In this document: piece after piece, positions 1 through 13,500 of the stretch | How positions within the stretch are numbered: the stretch's first letter is position 1 | Layout: each line of letters opens with the position of its first letter | DNA from: a virus | Strand: one strand, 5' to 3' | DNA: 64,000 nucleotides | IMG/VR virus record: IMGVR_UViG_3300030106_005509 | Coordinates: 32,001 to 96,000 of that record | Translations under genes and position numbers: made by a program | The notes under the pieces: generated by a model | The model's database searches: none | Told to the model about the DNA's origin: nothing | Seen by the model: the letters and a program-made list of their open reading frames with translations, nothing else

Positions 1-135
1 GGAGATATTGGCAAACATATAAGAGCCAGTAGACTAGTTAAACTTAAGAAAGAAGGGACTGTAGCTCACCATGCATTTTCTGACATACAAGCGGATCTTA
101 AAGGGCAATTAATGGAAGCAGGTGCAGAATTTTAG
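1..135 (+). CDS. 3' end of a hypothetical protein (partial, begins upstream of the window)
   Basis: Frame 1 is open from base 1 (GDIGKHIRAS...EAGAEF) to TAG at 133-135, which overlaps the AGGAG RBS of the next gene. Confidence 0.6.
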   Translation, partial: GDIGKHIRASRLVKLKKEGTVAHHAFSDIQADLKGQLMEAGAEF

Positions 136-144
136 GAGAGAAAA

Positions 145-546
145 ATGGATGATTCTTATAACGAATTAGTTAGAAAATCTCAAAGTTACAAAGAAAACAG
201 AGATACAAAATATAAACAAGTTTCTAAGGAAAGATTGCTAAAGATATCGCAAAAGAAAATACAAACAACTATGATTGGTGCTTTAAGCACAATTGAAAAG
301 TACTTTGGTTTTCTTTGGGGTCATGAGACTTCCGATGGTGAATTAACACCAGAGCAGAGCCACATGAAGCAGCAGTTTGAAGAGGTTAGGGCCGAAATAT
401 TAGATAGAGGCAATAATCAGATTAGAAACTTAGAAGCTGAATTTGTTAATTATGATATTAGCTGGTTAAGATATCAAATGAAATTACCGGTAAAGCCAGT
501 TAATTTGGACCATGAAAATCAAGGAGATGAAGATGGCAAAGAGTAG
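145..546 (+). CDS. hypothetical protein, 133 aa, in the tail module
   Basis: AGGAGAG RBS upstream; helical, charged sequence; lies two genes upstream of the TMP. Confidence 0.7.
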   Translation: MDDSYNELVRKSQSYKENRDTKYKQVSKERLLKISQKKIQTTMIGALSTIEKYFGFLWGHETSDGELTPEQSHMKQQFEEVRAEILDRGNNQIRNLEAEFVNYDISWLRYQMKLPVKPVNLDHENQGDEDGKE

Positions 547-1489
547 GAACAAAATTGAATCTAATGACGCAGATGGAAATAAGAAGGTCTTATACCTCAT
601 TGATCCTGATGCAAAAATTAATAAGGAAGCACAGCTTGCTTACAACAGAGCTTTTAGAGACGCGCTACAATCTGGTGCTATTTTAAGACAAAAGCTTGAT
701 GACGTTCTCAGAGATCAAGAAATCTGGGACGATAAGAAGCAAGAACGATACAACCAAATTTTGAAAACCTTAAATGATAATGAAAAGGCTATCAAAAAAG
801 GCGGTATTAAACTTTCTGAAGCTAAGGATATAGCTGAAGAGATGGCTGTTGTTAGAGCAGAATTTAGAGCTTTGATCGCTGAGAGAAGTTCTATGGATGG
901 CAACACAGCTGAGGGACAGGCAGACAACGCAAGATTCAATTTCCTTGTCTATGCTTGCACCAAAGACCTTAAGAATCAACCAGTATTTTCTAGTGTAGAC
1001 GAATACGAAGAAAATGCAACTGAGCCATACGCTCTTGAAGCAGCAAAACAGCTTGCAGAGAAAATGTACGGCTTGGACGCAAACTACGAAAACACACTTC
1101 CTGAAAATGAATTCTTAATCAATTATGGTTTTGTAAACGACAACCTTCAATACATTGATAGCGAAGGCAAATTAATCACGGCTGACGGACAGCACGTAAG
1201 TGAAGACGGCAGACTGATTGAGTGGCAAGAAGATGGGTCATTCATATATATAGATGGCGACGGAAATAAACTAACCGAAGATGGGGAATACGATGTTGAA
1301 TTTTCTCCGTTTTTGGACGACGAAGGAGAGCCTGTAGAGAAGGCTGTTTCTGAATCGGAAGAAGTCTCTGAAGAAGCTTCAGAAGAAGCATCTGACGAAA
1401 CTGAGGAAGCTGAGGAGTCTAAAGAAAAGGAACCTGCCCCAAAGAGAGGCAGAAGATCTAAAAAGACAACTGTAAACAGCAACGAATAG
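533..1489 (+). CDS. hypothetical protein, possibly a tail assembly chaperone (acidic C-terminus)
   Basis: The ORF track starts it at 512, but AAGGAG at 521-526 favours the ATG at 533. It has a helical N-half, D-G-rich hairpin repeats and an E-rich then basic tail. Its position directly before the TMP is typical of chaperones; the function is inferred from position only. Confidence 0.6.
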   Translation: MAKSRNKIESNDADGNKKVLYLIDPDAKINKEAQLAYNRAFRDALQSGAILRQKLDDVLRDQEIWDDKKQERYNQILKTLNDNEKAIKKGGIKLSEAKDIAEEMAVVRAEFRALIAERSSMDGNTAEGQADNARFNFLVYACTKDLKNQPVFSSVDEYEENATEPYALEAAKQLAEKMYGLDANYENTLPENEFLINYGFVNDNLQYIDSEGKLITADGQHVSEDGRLIEWQEDGSFIYIDGDGNKLTEDGEYDVEFSPFLDDEGEPVEKAVSESEEVSEEASEEASDETEEAEESKEKEPAPKRGRRSKKTTVNSNE

Positions 1490-1500
1490 TAAACGGAAAG

Positions 1501-1548
1501 TAGACGCGACGATAAACACAACTGTCTATCGGTGCGTCTATTTTTTTT
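1501..1548 (+). terminator. long hairpin plus T8: intrinsic terminator or attenuator just upstream of the TMP gene
   Basis: TAGACGCGACGATAAACA-caac-TGTCTATCGGTGCGTCTA (15/18 Watson-Crick pairs) followed by TTTTTTTT, then a GAGAGG RBS and the ATG at 1560. Confidence 0.7.
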
Positions 1549-1559
1549 GAGAGGTAGAT

Positions 1560-4500
1560 ATGGCTAAACCGTTTGTATTAACAACACAACTACAGATACA
1601 GATACCAAACCTTAACCAAGTTGTCAGTCAGCTTAACAAGGGGTTAGGTAATGTAAATGTTCCTGTTAATATTAATATACCTAAAAATGCCAACACTCAG
1701 CTTACTAATTTAAACAAAAACGTCAAGAACGCTGGAGCCTCTGCTCGCGGTGCAGCAAAAAACTTTGACTCCATGAGAAACTCTCTTAGGGGTGCGCTTA
1801 CTTATATAGCTAAGTACGACGCCGCTAGAGAGATTTTCAATCTATTTGCACAAACACTTAGAGATGGTGTTTCTTCTGCAATAGCTTTTGAAAAAGAAAT
1901 GGTTAAGGTCAGTCAAGTTACTGGTCAAACCATGAAACAATTAAGGGGTTTGGAGCGAGAGATAACCAGAGTTTCTACAGGCTTTGGGGTCTCTTCAGGA
2001 TCTTTAATTAAAACCTCTAGGGTATTAGCTCAGACTGGTATGTCTGCTAGAGATGCTAGGATAGCTCTTGAAGCCCTCGCTAAAACAACTCTGGCCGCTA
2101 CGTTTGACGATATTACATCTACCACAGAAACCGCCATTGCTGCAATGAGGCAGTTTGGTATAGCCTCGACAGACTTAGAAAAGACGCTTGGTAAAATTAA
2201 CTCCTTAGCAGCTAACTTTGCTGTTGAGGCTGGTGATATCGGCGTAGCCATCAGGCGTGCTGGTGGTGCGTTCAAAGCTGCCGGTGGAAGTCTTGATGAA
2301 CTTAATGCTCTCTTCACCGCTGTTCGTTCTACCACTCGTGAAACAGCGGAAACTATTGCTACTGGTTTTAGAACTATCTTTACCAGAATACAAAGACCAA
2401 AAACTATACAGTTCTTAAAACAGTTAGGTATAGAACTGCAAAATGTAGAAGGTCAGTTCGTAGGACCGTTTGAGGCTGTAAGAAAATTAAATATAGCTCT
2501 TAAAAGTCTAGACCCCAAAGACGTTAGATACTCACAGATCATTGAACAGCTTGGTGGTTTCAGGCAGGTCTCTAAAGTTATACCACTTATTCAACAATTT
2601 GGTCAGGCACAGAAAGCCCTAAATGTATCTCAGCAAGGTGGTACTAGTCTTGCTAGAGACGCTGCAAAAGCACAACAGAGTCTTGCAGTCCAGTTGACAA
2701 AGGTCAAAGAAGAATACATGGCTCTGTTTAGAGAGATATTTGGCGGTCAAGGAATGCAAACCGTCATAAAGACCACGCTTAAACTAGCCTCCGCTTTCGC
2801 TAGAGTTGTAGATTCTCTTTCTCCTATAATACCTCTTATTGCAACTATAGGTGCTGCCAAGTTAGGTCAGTTTGCTCTCTTTGGAAGTCTTGGCAGAGGT
2901 AGAAAACAGGGAGGTAGAATAAATAGGTTTGCTACTGGTGGTATGGTTCCCGGAAAAGGAAATAGCGATAGCGTTCCTGCCATGCTTACTCCCGGAGAGT
3001 TTGTAATACGTAAAAGTTCTGTAAGAACAATTGGCGCCAACCGTTTGCAAAAGATGAACAGATACGGTAACGGCGGAACTGTAGAAAGAGGTCAAGTACA
3101 ACGAGTCGCCAACAGAAAAGCTTCTCTAAAAAATAAATATGATATTGGCGAAGGTGGTATTCACGATAAATACAGAGCCAAATTGACAATTAAAACTTTC
3201 GACCCCAATGATAAAGAGGTGGGTCGCAAAGCTATTGAAGCCGAAGCAAAAGAAGCAAAAGCATATGGTCAAAAAAGATATCAAGCCCTTCTTAAAACCA
3301 GTGGGGATGAAAAGAGGTCTGCGATAAGAGCTGGTGCTTTGATGCGGAAAAGATTTGGTCTTTCAGGATTCATAGGTAAAAGGACAAGTGGTCAATCTAA
3401 ATTTTTTACGTCTAAAACTCCAAGACAATCACAAGGTGTTACGAACAACCTCGTGGGAGGAATCCATGAAAGAAATGTAAGTGGATGGGCAAAGAAAAAT
3501 TACAAGAGCGCAAGAGTTGGTAAGCTTCCAGACGCAGACGGAATGGATTTTAGAGTTGGTAACAGCGGCGTTCTCATCGAAGCGAAGAGCCTAAAGAGAA
3601 AATTAAATAGAGACGAGATCATAGCAAAAGGTTTACTCGCTAAAGCCGTCAGTAAAAACTATCAAGACAAAGTTTCGCAAGATGTTAATTTAAAAGAACT
3701 TGTATATGCTGAAGCGCCAGCGAGCCTGAAAAAATCTGGGTTTACCAAGAGGAATAGAGGAGGAGGCATATCATCAACAGATACAGTTCCCGCACTCCTT
3801 ACTCCCGGCGAATTCGTAATCAATAGAAAGTCCGCAGCTAAGATTGGTTACGGCAACCTTAACAATGCAAATAGATTTGGTAAAACACCTAAAGGATTTG
3901 CTGCTGGTGGAATAGTAGGCGTACAGAAATTCAATAACGGTGGAGAAGCAAGAAGTCCCCGTCTTGGTTTAGGCGTTTTTGTTGCACTACAAACAATATT
4001 GCCACAGTTAGCAGAAGCTTTTAAATCAGCCGATGGAGAAGTTACCGATCTTTCTATGGGGCTTGACGCGGCAAGCCAAGGCTTGATGACATTTGCTACA
4101 TTGAGCTTTGCTACTGGTGATTTGCTAGAAGGTTTTGGTGGCAAAGTAAAGTTTGCTGCAACAGGCTTATTGGCTGTAGGGGCAGCTGCATTTGCTGCTT
4201 ATCAGTATGAAAAACAAAGAGGGATGGAGAGAGAGAAGCGTGCTGTTAAAAACCTTGAAGAAGGAGGTTTTCAATCTGAAACGCGAACAGCAGGTCTTAG
4301 GCGTCAATTCATAGACGCTAGGAGGCAACAAACTGAGGGTGCTGGCGGAGCTGCTGGTCGTGTAGCTGGAGCTGCTGGTGGCGCTTATGCTGGAATGAAA
4401 GCTGGAGCATTAATAGGAGGATTGACTCCAGCTGGCCCAGTTGGTGCTTTGGTTGGAGGTATACTTGGAGCTATAGGAGGAGGTATCGCTGGATATTTTG

Positions 4501-7500
4501 GTGGCGGTGCTATTGGAGAAGCAATAGGAAAATTAAACTTTGATGAAGCTGGAGCTATAAGAGAGTTTAATGAAAAAGTTAAGTCGTTAAAACTTGGCGT
4601 GTCGATAGACGGGTTAACAAACTCCTTAAAAGCTTTTTCTGAAGGAAGAGCTTCTATTGGCGCTATAGCCTCTACTGTTAGAAGCGGTATAAAAAGTCTA
4701 CAAAGAGGCTTCTTTGATGTTAGCACCGAAGAAGGTCTTGAGCGATTTAGAGGCCAACTACAAAAAACTTTACCAGCACTTTCCGAGTATATAAACAAAG
4801 CTGCATCTTCTGCAAAAAGCATGGCTGAGTTTGATGCGATCATAGGTGACGAGGCTTTAAATGCATTCTCGCAACTTAGCGGACAAAGCATTCCAGAGTT
4901 AAGAAGACAAATACAAGAAAATATAGCGCAAAGAAAGAAAAGCGCCGCTGCTCAAAAAGCAAACATAGCAGCAATTCAAGCATCAAACAAAGTCCTCTAC
5001 AGAGCAAGAGATGCTGGTACTGCATTTATGGAACTAGAAAGAAGACTTGTTTCCTTCGACAATGTAATGTCTGGTGTTGAAGCTTCTATAAACAACACCT
5101 TCTCTGGGCTTTCGATTGGCAAGATCGCTCCCAACTTTGATGACATAACTAACATATTTGATATGTCTGCCTTTACTGCTCAGGTAGATAGCCTATCAGG
5201 TGTACTTGGAGAGTCGGGACAATCTTTGGGTCAAGACCTCAAAAACTTTGCCGCCCTTAACTCTCTTCTTCCTAACATATTAACAGAAGCCGCTGGAGAA
5301 ATTGGAATTGGTGGCGCTAGAGCTTCTGAAATTATAGAGTCTAAATTAATGGCTGCTGATCCGGGAGGGATTATAGGCGCTGAGTTTAGAAGGGTTATTG
5401 CACAAAGAGTTCAGGCCATTGCCGAGATGGGTGAAGGTGGCGAAGGTAAGTTTGCTAATAGAATAAGAACAGATATTGAAGGTGTTGTAAGAGACCTCAC
5501 TAAAGGCATGTCTGAAACTGCTGAAGCTTTCCAAAAAGCTGCTCAGTTTATAGATAGTGCAAATCAAAGATTAGCTAAGGCGTACAACTTAAGAACTCAA
5601 CTTGAGTTAAAACAAGCTAGACAGCTTTATGACATTATAGGTCTTCAGGCTGAAAACGCTGAAAGAATGTCAAAGGCCAGACGCCAACCAGTCAATGCTG
5701 ATGCTGATTTAAATACGTTTAATAACCAACAAAACGCAATCTTAAGCGGAACTGCCATAAGCGGCTTGGGTTCAAGCGTAACTATAGTTTCAAACGAATT
5801 TAACAGGCTAAAGCAAAGAATAAAAGAAAGTGATGCTGCACTTGCAAATCTCGGAATTGCAGCAGATTCTAGTGGTGACCTGTTAGAAAACAATAGAGCT
5901 TTAATTGACGAAAACGCAGCTCTAAAATCGCAATTTGAAAAAACAAAACAAGTTCTTGAGAACTATGCTAACGTACAAGCTAGAGTAGCAAAAGTTCAAG
6001 AAGAAATTGCAAATGCTCAAGCCAGACAAGATAAAGCAAAAGCTGTAGCTGAAAATATAGCCTTTGGTACAGATCAAGAAAGACTAAAAATCTTTAGAAG
6101 CTTTAAAGCCGCAGAAATTGTGGCTTCTAGAGGTCTAGCAGCCTTACCTCAACAATTTAGAGGCGATGCTAGGAACATGTTATCACAGTTTGCTGATGCT
6201 CCAATATTTGGAGGGAAAACAGGTCAGCAGATACTAGACCGAGAAACCGCCAATCTGTTTAAGCATTTTCCACCTAATATAAGAAAAGCTTTAATGGCGG
6301 AGTTTGCAGACGCAAGAACAGATGAGCAGAAGTTCTTAGATAGGCTAGACAAGATTCAGCAAGACGCTGTAAAAGCTCAATTTGCTTTCCTTGAGGGTAT
6401 GCGTGGGGATAGCAAAGACCTAAAAGAAACCATAGCAAAGCTCAACGCAACTCTTGCAAATGACTTAAGGACTATATTCCAACAACAAGAAAATAGAGCT
6501 TTGGCAAGAGAGGTGTCTGAGAGCAAAGGCACGCTAGCTAACTCTAAAGCCCAGCTTGAAAAGTTAAAAGAAATAAGAAGTGCTGGAATACCCGTTCAAG
6601 ACCCGGCTGTTTTAAACGCTGTTAGAAGCAATGTAGCTGGCATAAAAGCTCTCAAAGACGCTAGACAAAATCTTGCTAGGTTTACGGGAGCGCAGGAATT
6701 TGGTATCAATCTTAGAAGCCAAGAGAATAGATTTACAGGCTTTGCTGCGGCTGATTCAGGCAGAGACAATCTAAAAGCCATAAAAGTGTTAGGCGCACAA
6801 CTTAGACAGCAGTTTGGCGCAGATGTTGGAAACCAATTACTACAAAAAGCAATTGATGCTCTTGCTCAATTTAGGGTAGAGAACCCAGAGGCGACAGGCG
6901 CAGAAATAGCTAAGGTCATCGGAGACACGATTAGTGGCGCTGGACTATCGGGTGCTAGTAGCGCACAAGGCATTATTGATGAAACAATGGCAAATCTTAA
7001 TGCTGCTGGTCTTGGGCCATATGTAGATACATTGGTTAACAATGTAGACATGATATCTACAGCCTTGGCAGCATTTCCAAGTGAAGCAAGTTGGTCTTCA
7101 TTAGAAGAGTCTATAATAAGAACCACAACCACTATAAACAACGCAAACGCTGCTATTGCTGCTAATAGTCCGGCGGGAGCTGTTAAGCTGGCGTCAGGTG
7201 GAAGTATATTTTCTCCACACGGAACAGACACCGTCCCTGCTATGTTAACACCCGGCGAATTTGTCGTTAACAGAAAAGCTGCTCAAAGAAACATGGGTGC
7301 GCTGTCGGCTCTTAATAGTGGAAAAACCCAATACTTAGCTGGTGGTGGTAAAGTTGGTGATTACTTTGGAACCCAAGCCGTCAGAGAGGATGGCAAAAAA
7401 GTAGAAGATGTATGGGGGTCTCACAATAAAGCTGCTGAGGCAATTGCGTCGTGGTATAAAAAACAGACTTCAAGCAGTGGTGCAGGTTCTGTATTTGACT

Positions 7501-10500
7501 CATCCAGACACTACATGGCTAAAAAGTACGCTGACCAAGACATGGCTGGAATAGCCAAAAATATACTCAAGTCAAAAGACAACGGCGATGGAATCCCTAT
7601 GAAAGACCCTCAGTATAGGGCGATGGGGGCTGGAGCTGAAAGAAAATCTTATAGTGGTAAGTATGCAAACTTACCAAAAGCCGTTAAGAATTATTTTCAA
7701 AGCGGATTCTTAGGCGTCAATGGATATAGCTATGGCCAAATGAGTGGTATAGAAGCCTTAGACTATTTTAAGTACGGCACTAGAATGTTCATGGATGGTG
7801 CTGGGAGTGGTGCAACTGGCAGGAATTACGGCGGTCAAGCTCTAGGTGAATATAAGACTATTGGTAATTTACAAAAAGCAGCAGGAAAAAGCAGAGAGAA
7901 TCAAGCAAGCAAACTATACGAAAAAGTAGTAGAGTGGGCTGAAGATAAAGCCTTTAGTAGAAAAACAATGAAGGTTGGTCTCTATAGATTCCCGCTTAAA
8001 AAATCAAAAATAGAAGCCTATGATGATCCAGACACTAATATAAGTGTTGATGGGTTCACGTACCCTAATATTCAACCGGGTGACATATTAGAGAACGATC
8101 CGCAGCTATACGATCTATTCACAGGCGGCAGTCCGGGAGGCAGAAAGCTAGGAGTTGTTTCTTCTGGCTGGGTTCCTGTTGGAGACGCATCTGAAGCTGG
8201 TGCTGGATTTACAGGAGGTCAGTTTTTCCCCGGTAATGAGCTTGAAGAAGTTTACAAGAACTTAGAAGGGTGGATATTTAACTCAGGCTCTCAATATAGC
8301 AAATTTGTTAAAGAGTATCTCACCGGAAATGCTGGAAGAACTGAACTAGCTGTTGTTCGACAGGCTTTTGGTGAGTTTGACAAAATCTGGGGTGGGCTAA
8401 AGCCTAAAAATTGGAAAACCCCAGCAGGATATAATTTAGCAAACGAACCTAGAGCTAACTTTAGTTATATCAAAGGTCTTGTTGAACGTAGACTTTCAAC
8501 AACAGAAAAACAGCTTGCTGACAGTTTTCCATTTAATCCCATGGATATAGATACTTGGGGTTCAGCAATAACTAGCAACACAAGACCTGTCGCTGCGCTT
8601 CAAGAACATTCTCAAAATAGAAGTGATCTATATCAGAAGATGAAAGACTTCTATGCGCAGTTTAAGTTTAAAAATGCACAAGACCCAACGCTTGCATTTG
8701 GTAAAGCTTTTGAAATTGTTCAAGACGATCTTAAAACTGGAGTTAAGGGATACGACGCTAATAATTTTATAAGATTAGCCAACAAAAATGTAGCAGGTCA
8801 ACAAGACGAAAAACAAAGACGCGAAGAAAAGCTAGAGTCCGTCGCAACCGCTATGAAAAACGTGAAAGGTCTCCCTACTGGACTTGGGGCGTTATCAGAA
8901 CACATAGCACAATCCATTAAAGGATTCAAAGCAGCAGGCAACTTCACTAAAATTCCTATGTACGCTAAAAGATCGTCAGCATCTTTGAGAGGTGTTAGAG
9001 ACTTCTGGCAGGCTAAGGATTGGGGCCAAGGAGAGACAAAAGCTTTATATCCTTGGTTAAGCGCTTTGGCTACTGAATTAAGCAGATGGGTAAGCGGCGG
9101 TCTTGTTACAGGAGCTGGAGCTGATAAAAAGGGCGCGTTTATAAACCTAAACGACGCCGAGGTTTTCCGTCAATTAGCAAGAATACAAGACGCTAGAAAT
9201 CAAGGTAAGAATATAGAAGAAGGCGTTGAGGTATTAAAGAAAAACCAGCTGGGAGAAATAATCCAAAGCTTTGAAGGTCCTAGCTTAATGGGTCGTATAG
9301 CGAGGATAGCCAGAAATAAACCTAATGCTTGGTATAACGTAGGTTTTGGTGATGAGTTTCCTTACTATGGAACTTTTGGTTTCGACTCTGTATCAGAAGC
9401 TGTAGGCAAACTTCAAGAAGAAGTAAAGAGAAGTTTTGAAAATACAATACTCATATACAATGAGCAATTTAAAGCAGGTCAAAGACCATTCCAAGCGGCT
9501 AATAAAAATCCTCTACTAATGGCTACGGGTGGTAAAGTTCCCCAACGTTTAGCTTCTGGTGGCGGTGTCTTCGCGTCACGAGGAACCGATACAGTTCCGG
9601 CGATGCTTACACCGGGTGAGTTTGTTGTTAATAAAGATGCGGCCTCTAAAAACAAAGGAGCTTTACAAGCTATTAATAGCGGCCAAACACAATACCTTGC
9701 CGGTGGAGGTGAAGTGCAAGCATGGAAGATGAGAGGTTTTGAATCGACTGGAGGGGTTGGTAATAAAATACTTGCAAGAAACTGGCGGGATACAGCTGCA
9801 AAATACTATCCAGATAAAGAGTTGCCAATGTTATCAACTCCAGCAAGTATAAAATATTCTGGGCCAGACAGAAACCGTGCCGCCATGTCGATGGGCCACC
9901 TCATGCGTCTTGAAGAGATAGCTGGATGGGACATACTTAAATTTCGCGAATATAGAGATAAAATACTTAATTTAAAACTTGCAGACCTTGGGGTTGATCC
10001 TTATGAAATATATCCAAAAGCGCAATCAGGAAGTATTGATCATGAATACGAAGGACAGTCACAAAAACGAGATTTACCAGTTATTTCCAAAACGGGAGAA
10101 GTAAGGCATGTAAATGCTTTAAGAGGTCAGGCGGGACAAAAGCTATTTGGGCATCTGACTAGTGATCCTGTAGCTTATCTTGCGAACTTTAAAAGAGATG
10201 ACTTTTACGAGTATGGAGCAACTGGTGGATATACCGTTAGGGATGCTAACAGATACAGTAGTTTTGATTTAAGAGACAAAGCAAATCCCGGAGGAAAATA
10301 TCGTTTGGTAGGACCTCCTAAAGGTAAGCTACCATCAATTGGAAACATATTTCAGGGTATGCGTGCAAAAGATCAAAAGGCGAGTGGCGATGCTGCTGCG
10401 CTTGCAGATAAAGAGCTAATCGCAATGCAACAGCTAGTTGCAGCTAGAGGTAGCTTCTACGGAGGCGACAGATTTGGTGATATAGAGACCAAAGCCTTTG

Positions 10501-13500
10501 CGTATATGAATAGGGACATGGATGGTGGAGAGTTTGTAGATGTACTTTCCGAAAAAGCTTTATCCAGCATACTTGCTAAAAGCGATATATCGCCTGAAAA
10601 CAAAGAGATTCTAGGTAGAAAATGGGCGAATGTTCACACAAGATTTAAGCGCCAGACTAAGCATGTCATAAGGGGAACAGGGATGGTAGATCCCGAAAAC
10701 CCCGCTTTGACAAAATACGGAGGAGGCGCATCAAGTTTCGAGAGCAAGCTAACTCAATCCTACGCAAAGCTACGTCAGCTAGCGCAAGAGAATTCGGTAA
10801 GCGAAGCTCACCGGGTCAAACTTACGTATGGAGGGATGACTCCAGAACGTATGCGTGGCGGCTTAGAAGGTGACGAAAAGGCTATTATTCCTTTAAATGA
10901 TCCAAACATACTCGATATTATCGAATCGCAAGCAGGGTCTCACTGGAGAAACAACAGCCTGCTTCATATGACACAGCTGAAAAACGATTTGGAAAAAAGA
11001 GTAGCTGGCGGCTCTCTTGGTCCTGAAGACCTGTCGGGTGCGCAAGCGCGATTAAAACAATACGAAGAGTCGATGATATGGGCTAGGTATCTTGAAACGA
11101 TTAGGATGCAGCCCGGCCAATATGGTAAATACATACTTAGAGACATAGAACAACTTTCTGAAACAAGAGCTGGAGGTTTAGACAAACAAACCTTTAACCA
11201 AATGCAAGTGCAGAAAGAGCGTCAGGCAAGAGGTAGAAGTCTTGAACTGACAGCTAAGCATTCAGGACTTTCAGGACTGGTTGATTACTTAGGCTATGCC
11301 TTTAGTCCTTTTGAGCAATTTGAAGATCAAATGCTTAAAAGCAAAGTTGCTGAAATGAGGGATCAAGGATATTCAGAATCACAGATCGCCAGTTTTGTGG
11401 GCGAGGTGAAAAAACATAACTCAATCGCTACCGCCATGACAGAAAGTGTAGCGGCTAATCCGGTGACTAAAGCTCTCGGTAAAGTTGGCATCAGTATGGA
11501 GCAAGTGCTTGGGTCTGGATTGCAAGCACTAAAAGGTTTCTACCATCTATCAGCGGGTGAAGAAAGAGCAGCAGCAATAGAGTTTGGAGCTGCGGCAGTT
11601 AGTTTTGATGAAGGTCTTAACGCTCTTGAAGCTTTGCCCGATTGGAACAAACAGCATGTAAGCAAGGTTGAAGAAAGATGGAAGGCCGAACTTGGGTTAA
11701 GCGATAAAGAGGTTGGAAATAGATCACGCGCTCTTATGATGGCTGATATAGCATCTATGTTCGTTGTGCCTCCGGGACTGCTTGCAAAAGCTGTAACGGC
11801 GCCGATAAAGCTTGGGAGGAAATTGACACCAACAGTAGTAAGAGCAGCTATTGCTACACAAAGAACCGCCAAGAAAACTCTGTTCGGAGCTGGAGAAACA
11901 GGTGCGGCTTTATCTAGAGGTGGAAAATCTGGCGCAGGTTTGCCTAAATATATTGGTGACGATTTTGCAACCGCAGGGAAGCTAACACCGAATCAAATCG
12001 CAAAAGCGGAAGTAGTCACCGATTTACGTGGGCCTGTAAGACCAAAGTCGGGTGTGCAGCATAGCGCTAATAATCCAATTAGACAAAATGCCATTGCTAA
12101 TTATAACAGGGCAAATCCCGAATCAATGGTAAGTAAATTTGATGAGCTTCCAGCATGGGCTAAGCGAGACGCTGTGAATGCGGAGACCGCAGCACGAAAA
12201 CTTGGAGAAATGCGAGATAGTCTTGGCACTTTCTTCAAAAAAATGACAGACACAGACAAATCAGTCGTAAAAGGAGGTGTAACAGCTGACGCTCTTAGTG
12301 TAAATAAAAGAACAGGTGTAGCAACACCATACAAGAAAACTCCTTTCCAAGATGCGGATGCTATGTCGGGGGTAGTGTCAAAAGCTGATGCTGATGCAGC
12401 TATAACAAAAACTCTTAAAGACGCAGAAACTACCGGAATGATTGATGATATCTCTGCGGGTATAGACGCTGATAGAGCAATAGTTAGAAAAACAATTGAT
12501 GATGCTATTGTGCGTCCTAAAATTAGTCAGCAAGAAATTGTACGAGCCAACATGGAGCAAACTAGGATACCTCGTCATGGAGGAATAGTTGAAGGACCTG
12601 CTGGTCCAGTTGCGTTAGACCCTAGTCAAGCCGGTTCTCGCTTTGCGACAACAAAAGCTGATGTTATCTCTGTTGGAGGTGTTGGAGACGATGTTACTAG
12701 AGGTGCTACAAAAACTACAGGTCCACACTCACGGTTCGATGCTCACCTACAGTCTCAGAAAAAATTAGCAGACATAAGGTCGCAACTTAAAGATCCAAAC
12801 TTAACCCCTGAACGAATGGCAGCGCTTAAGCGTCTTGAGTCTCGTTATAGTGGCTCTATCCAAGCAAGAAGTACAAAAGCCACCGATATCTCGGGTCCCA
12901 CAGGTCTACAAGGCACAGGATTAAGTACTCGTCGTAATGTTATTGATAGGGCAGTGGCGAGAGAAAAAGTTGTCAATAACATTGTAGAATCAGCTACGGA
13001 CAACACGATTCCAAGAGCTACCCAGACCAAATTCACTCCTGCATCCACCGCCGCAGACCCTGCGACTACAGCAAAAACAAAAACTTTTGCTGGAAAGATG
13101 AATGAAAAAGGCCGAGGGTCAATACGTAAAGAAGATTTGGATACTGTTGAGATGAGGACTAAAACAAGTCCTGATGATGCGTATATAGATCAGGCGGCTA
13201 TGCAGCAACAAGCTATTAATATACAAAAACAGTTACAACAATTTGAGGCAACTCAAGTAGCATCGACTCCAACAACTGCTGGGGGTAGAAGTGCCAAACG
13301 AGCCGCAAATCAACAGGCAAGTGATAATGCGGCAGCACTGGCAGCAAAGAGGAAGGAGCTTTATGAAGCAGCAGGCTTTGGTTCTGAAAAAGAATATAGA
13401 AAAGCTCTCGAAAAAGCCCAAGCTAATTCAATGTTTGATACATCTAAAGGAAACGTAGATGTAAGAACAGCAGATGTACAGGCAAGTGATGAAGCAATCG

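Noticed and set aside
145-1489. Programmed frameshift (lambda G/GT-type) in the genes upstream of the TMP
   Set aside because: The second ORF has its own RBS and ATG, and I saw no convincing slippery heptamer at the overlap.
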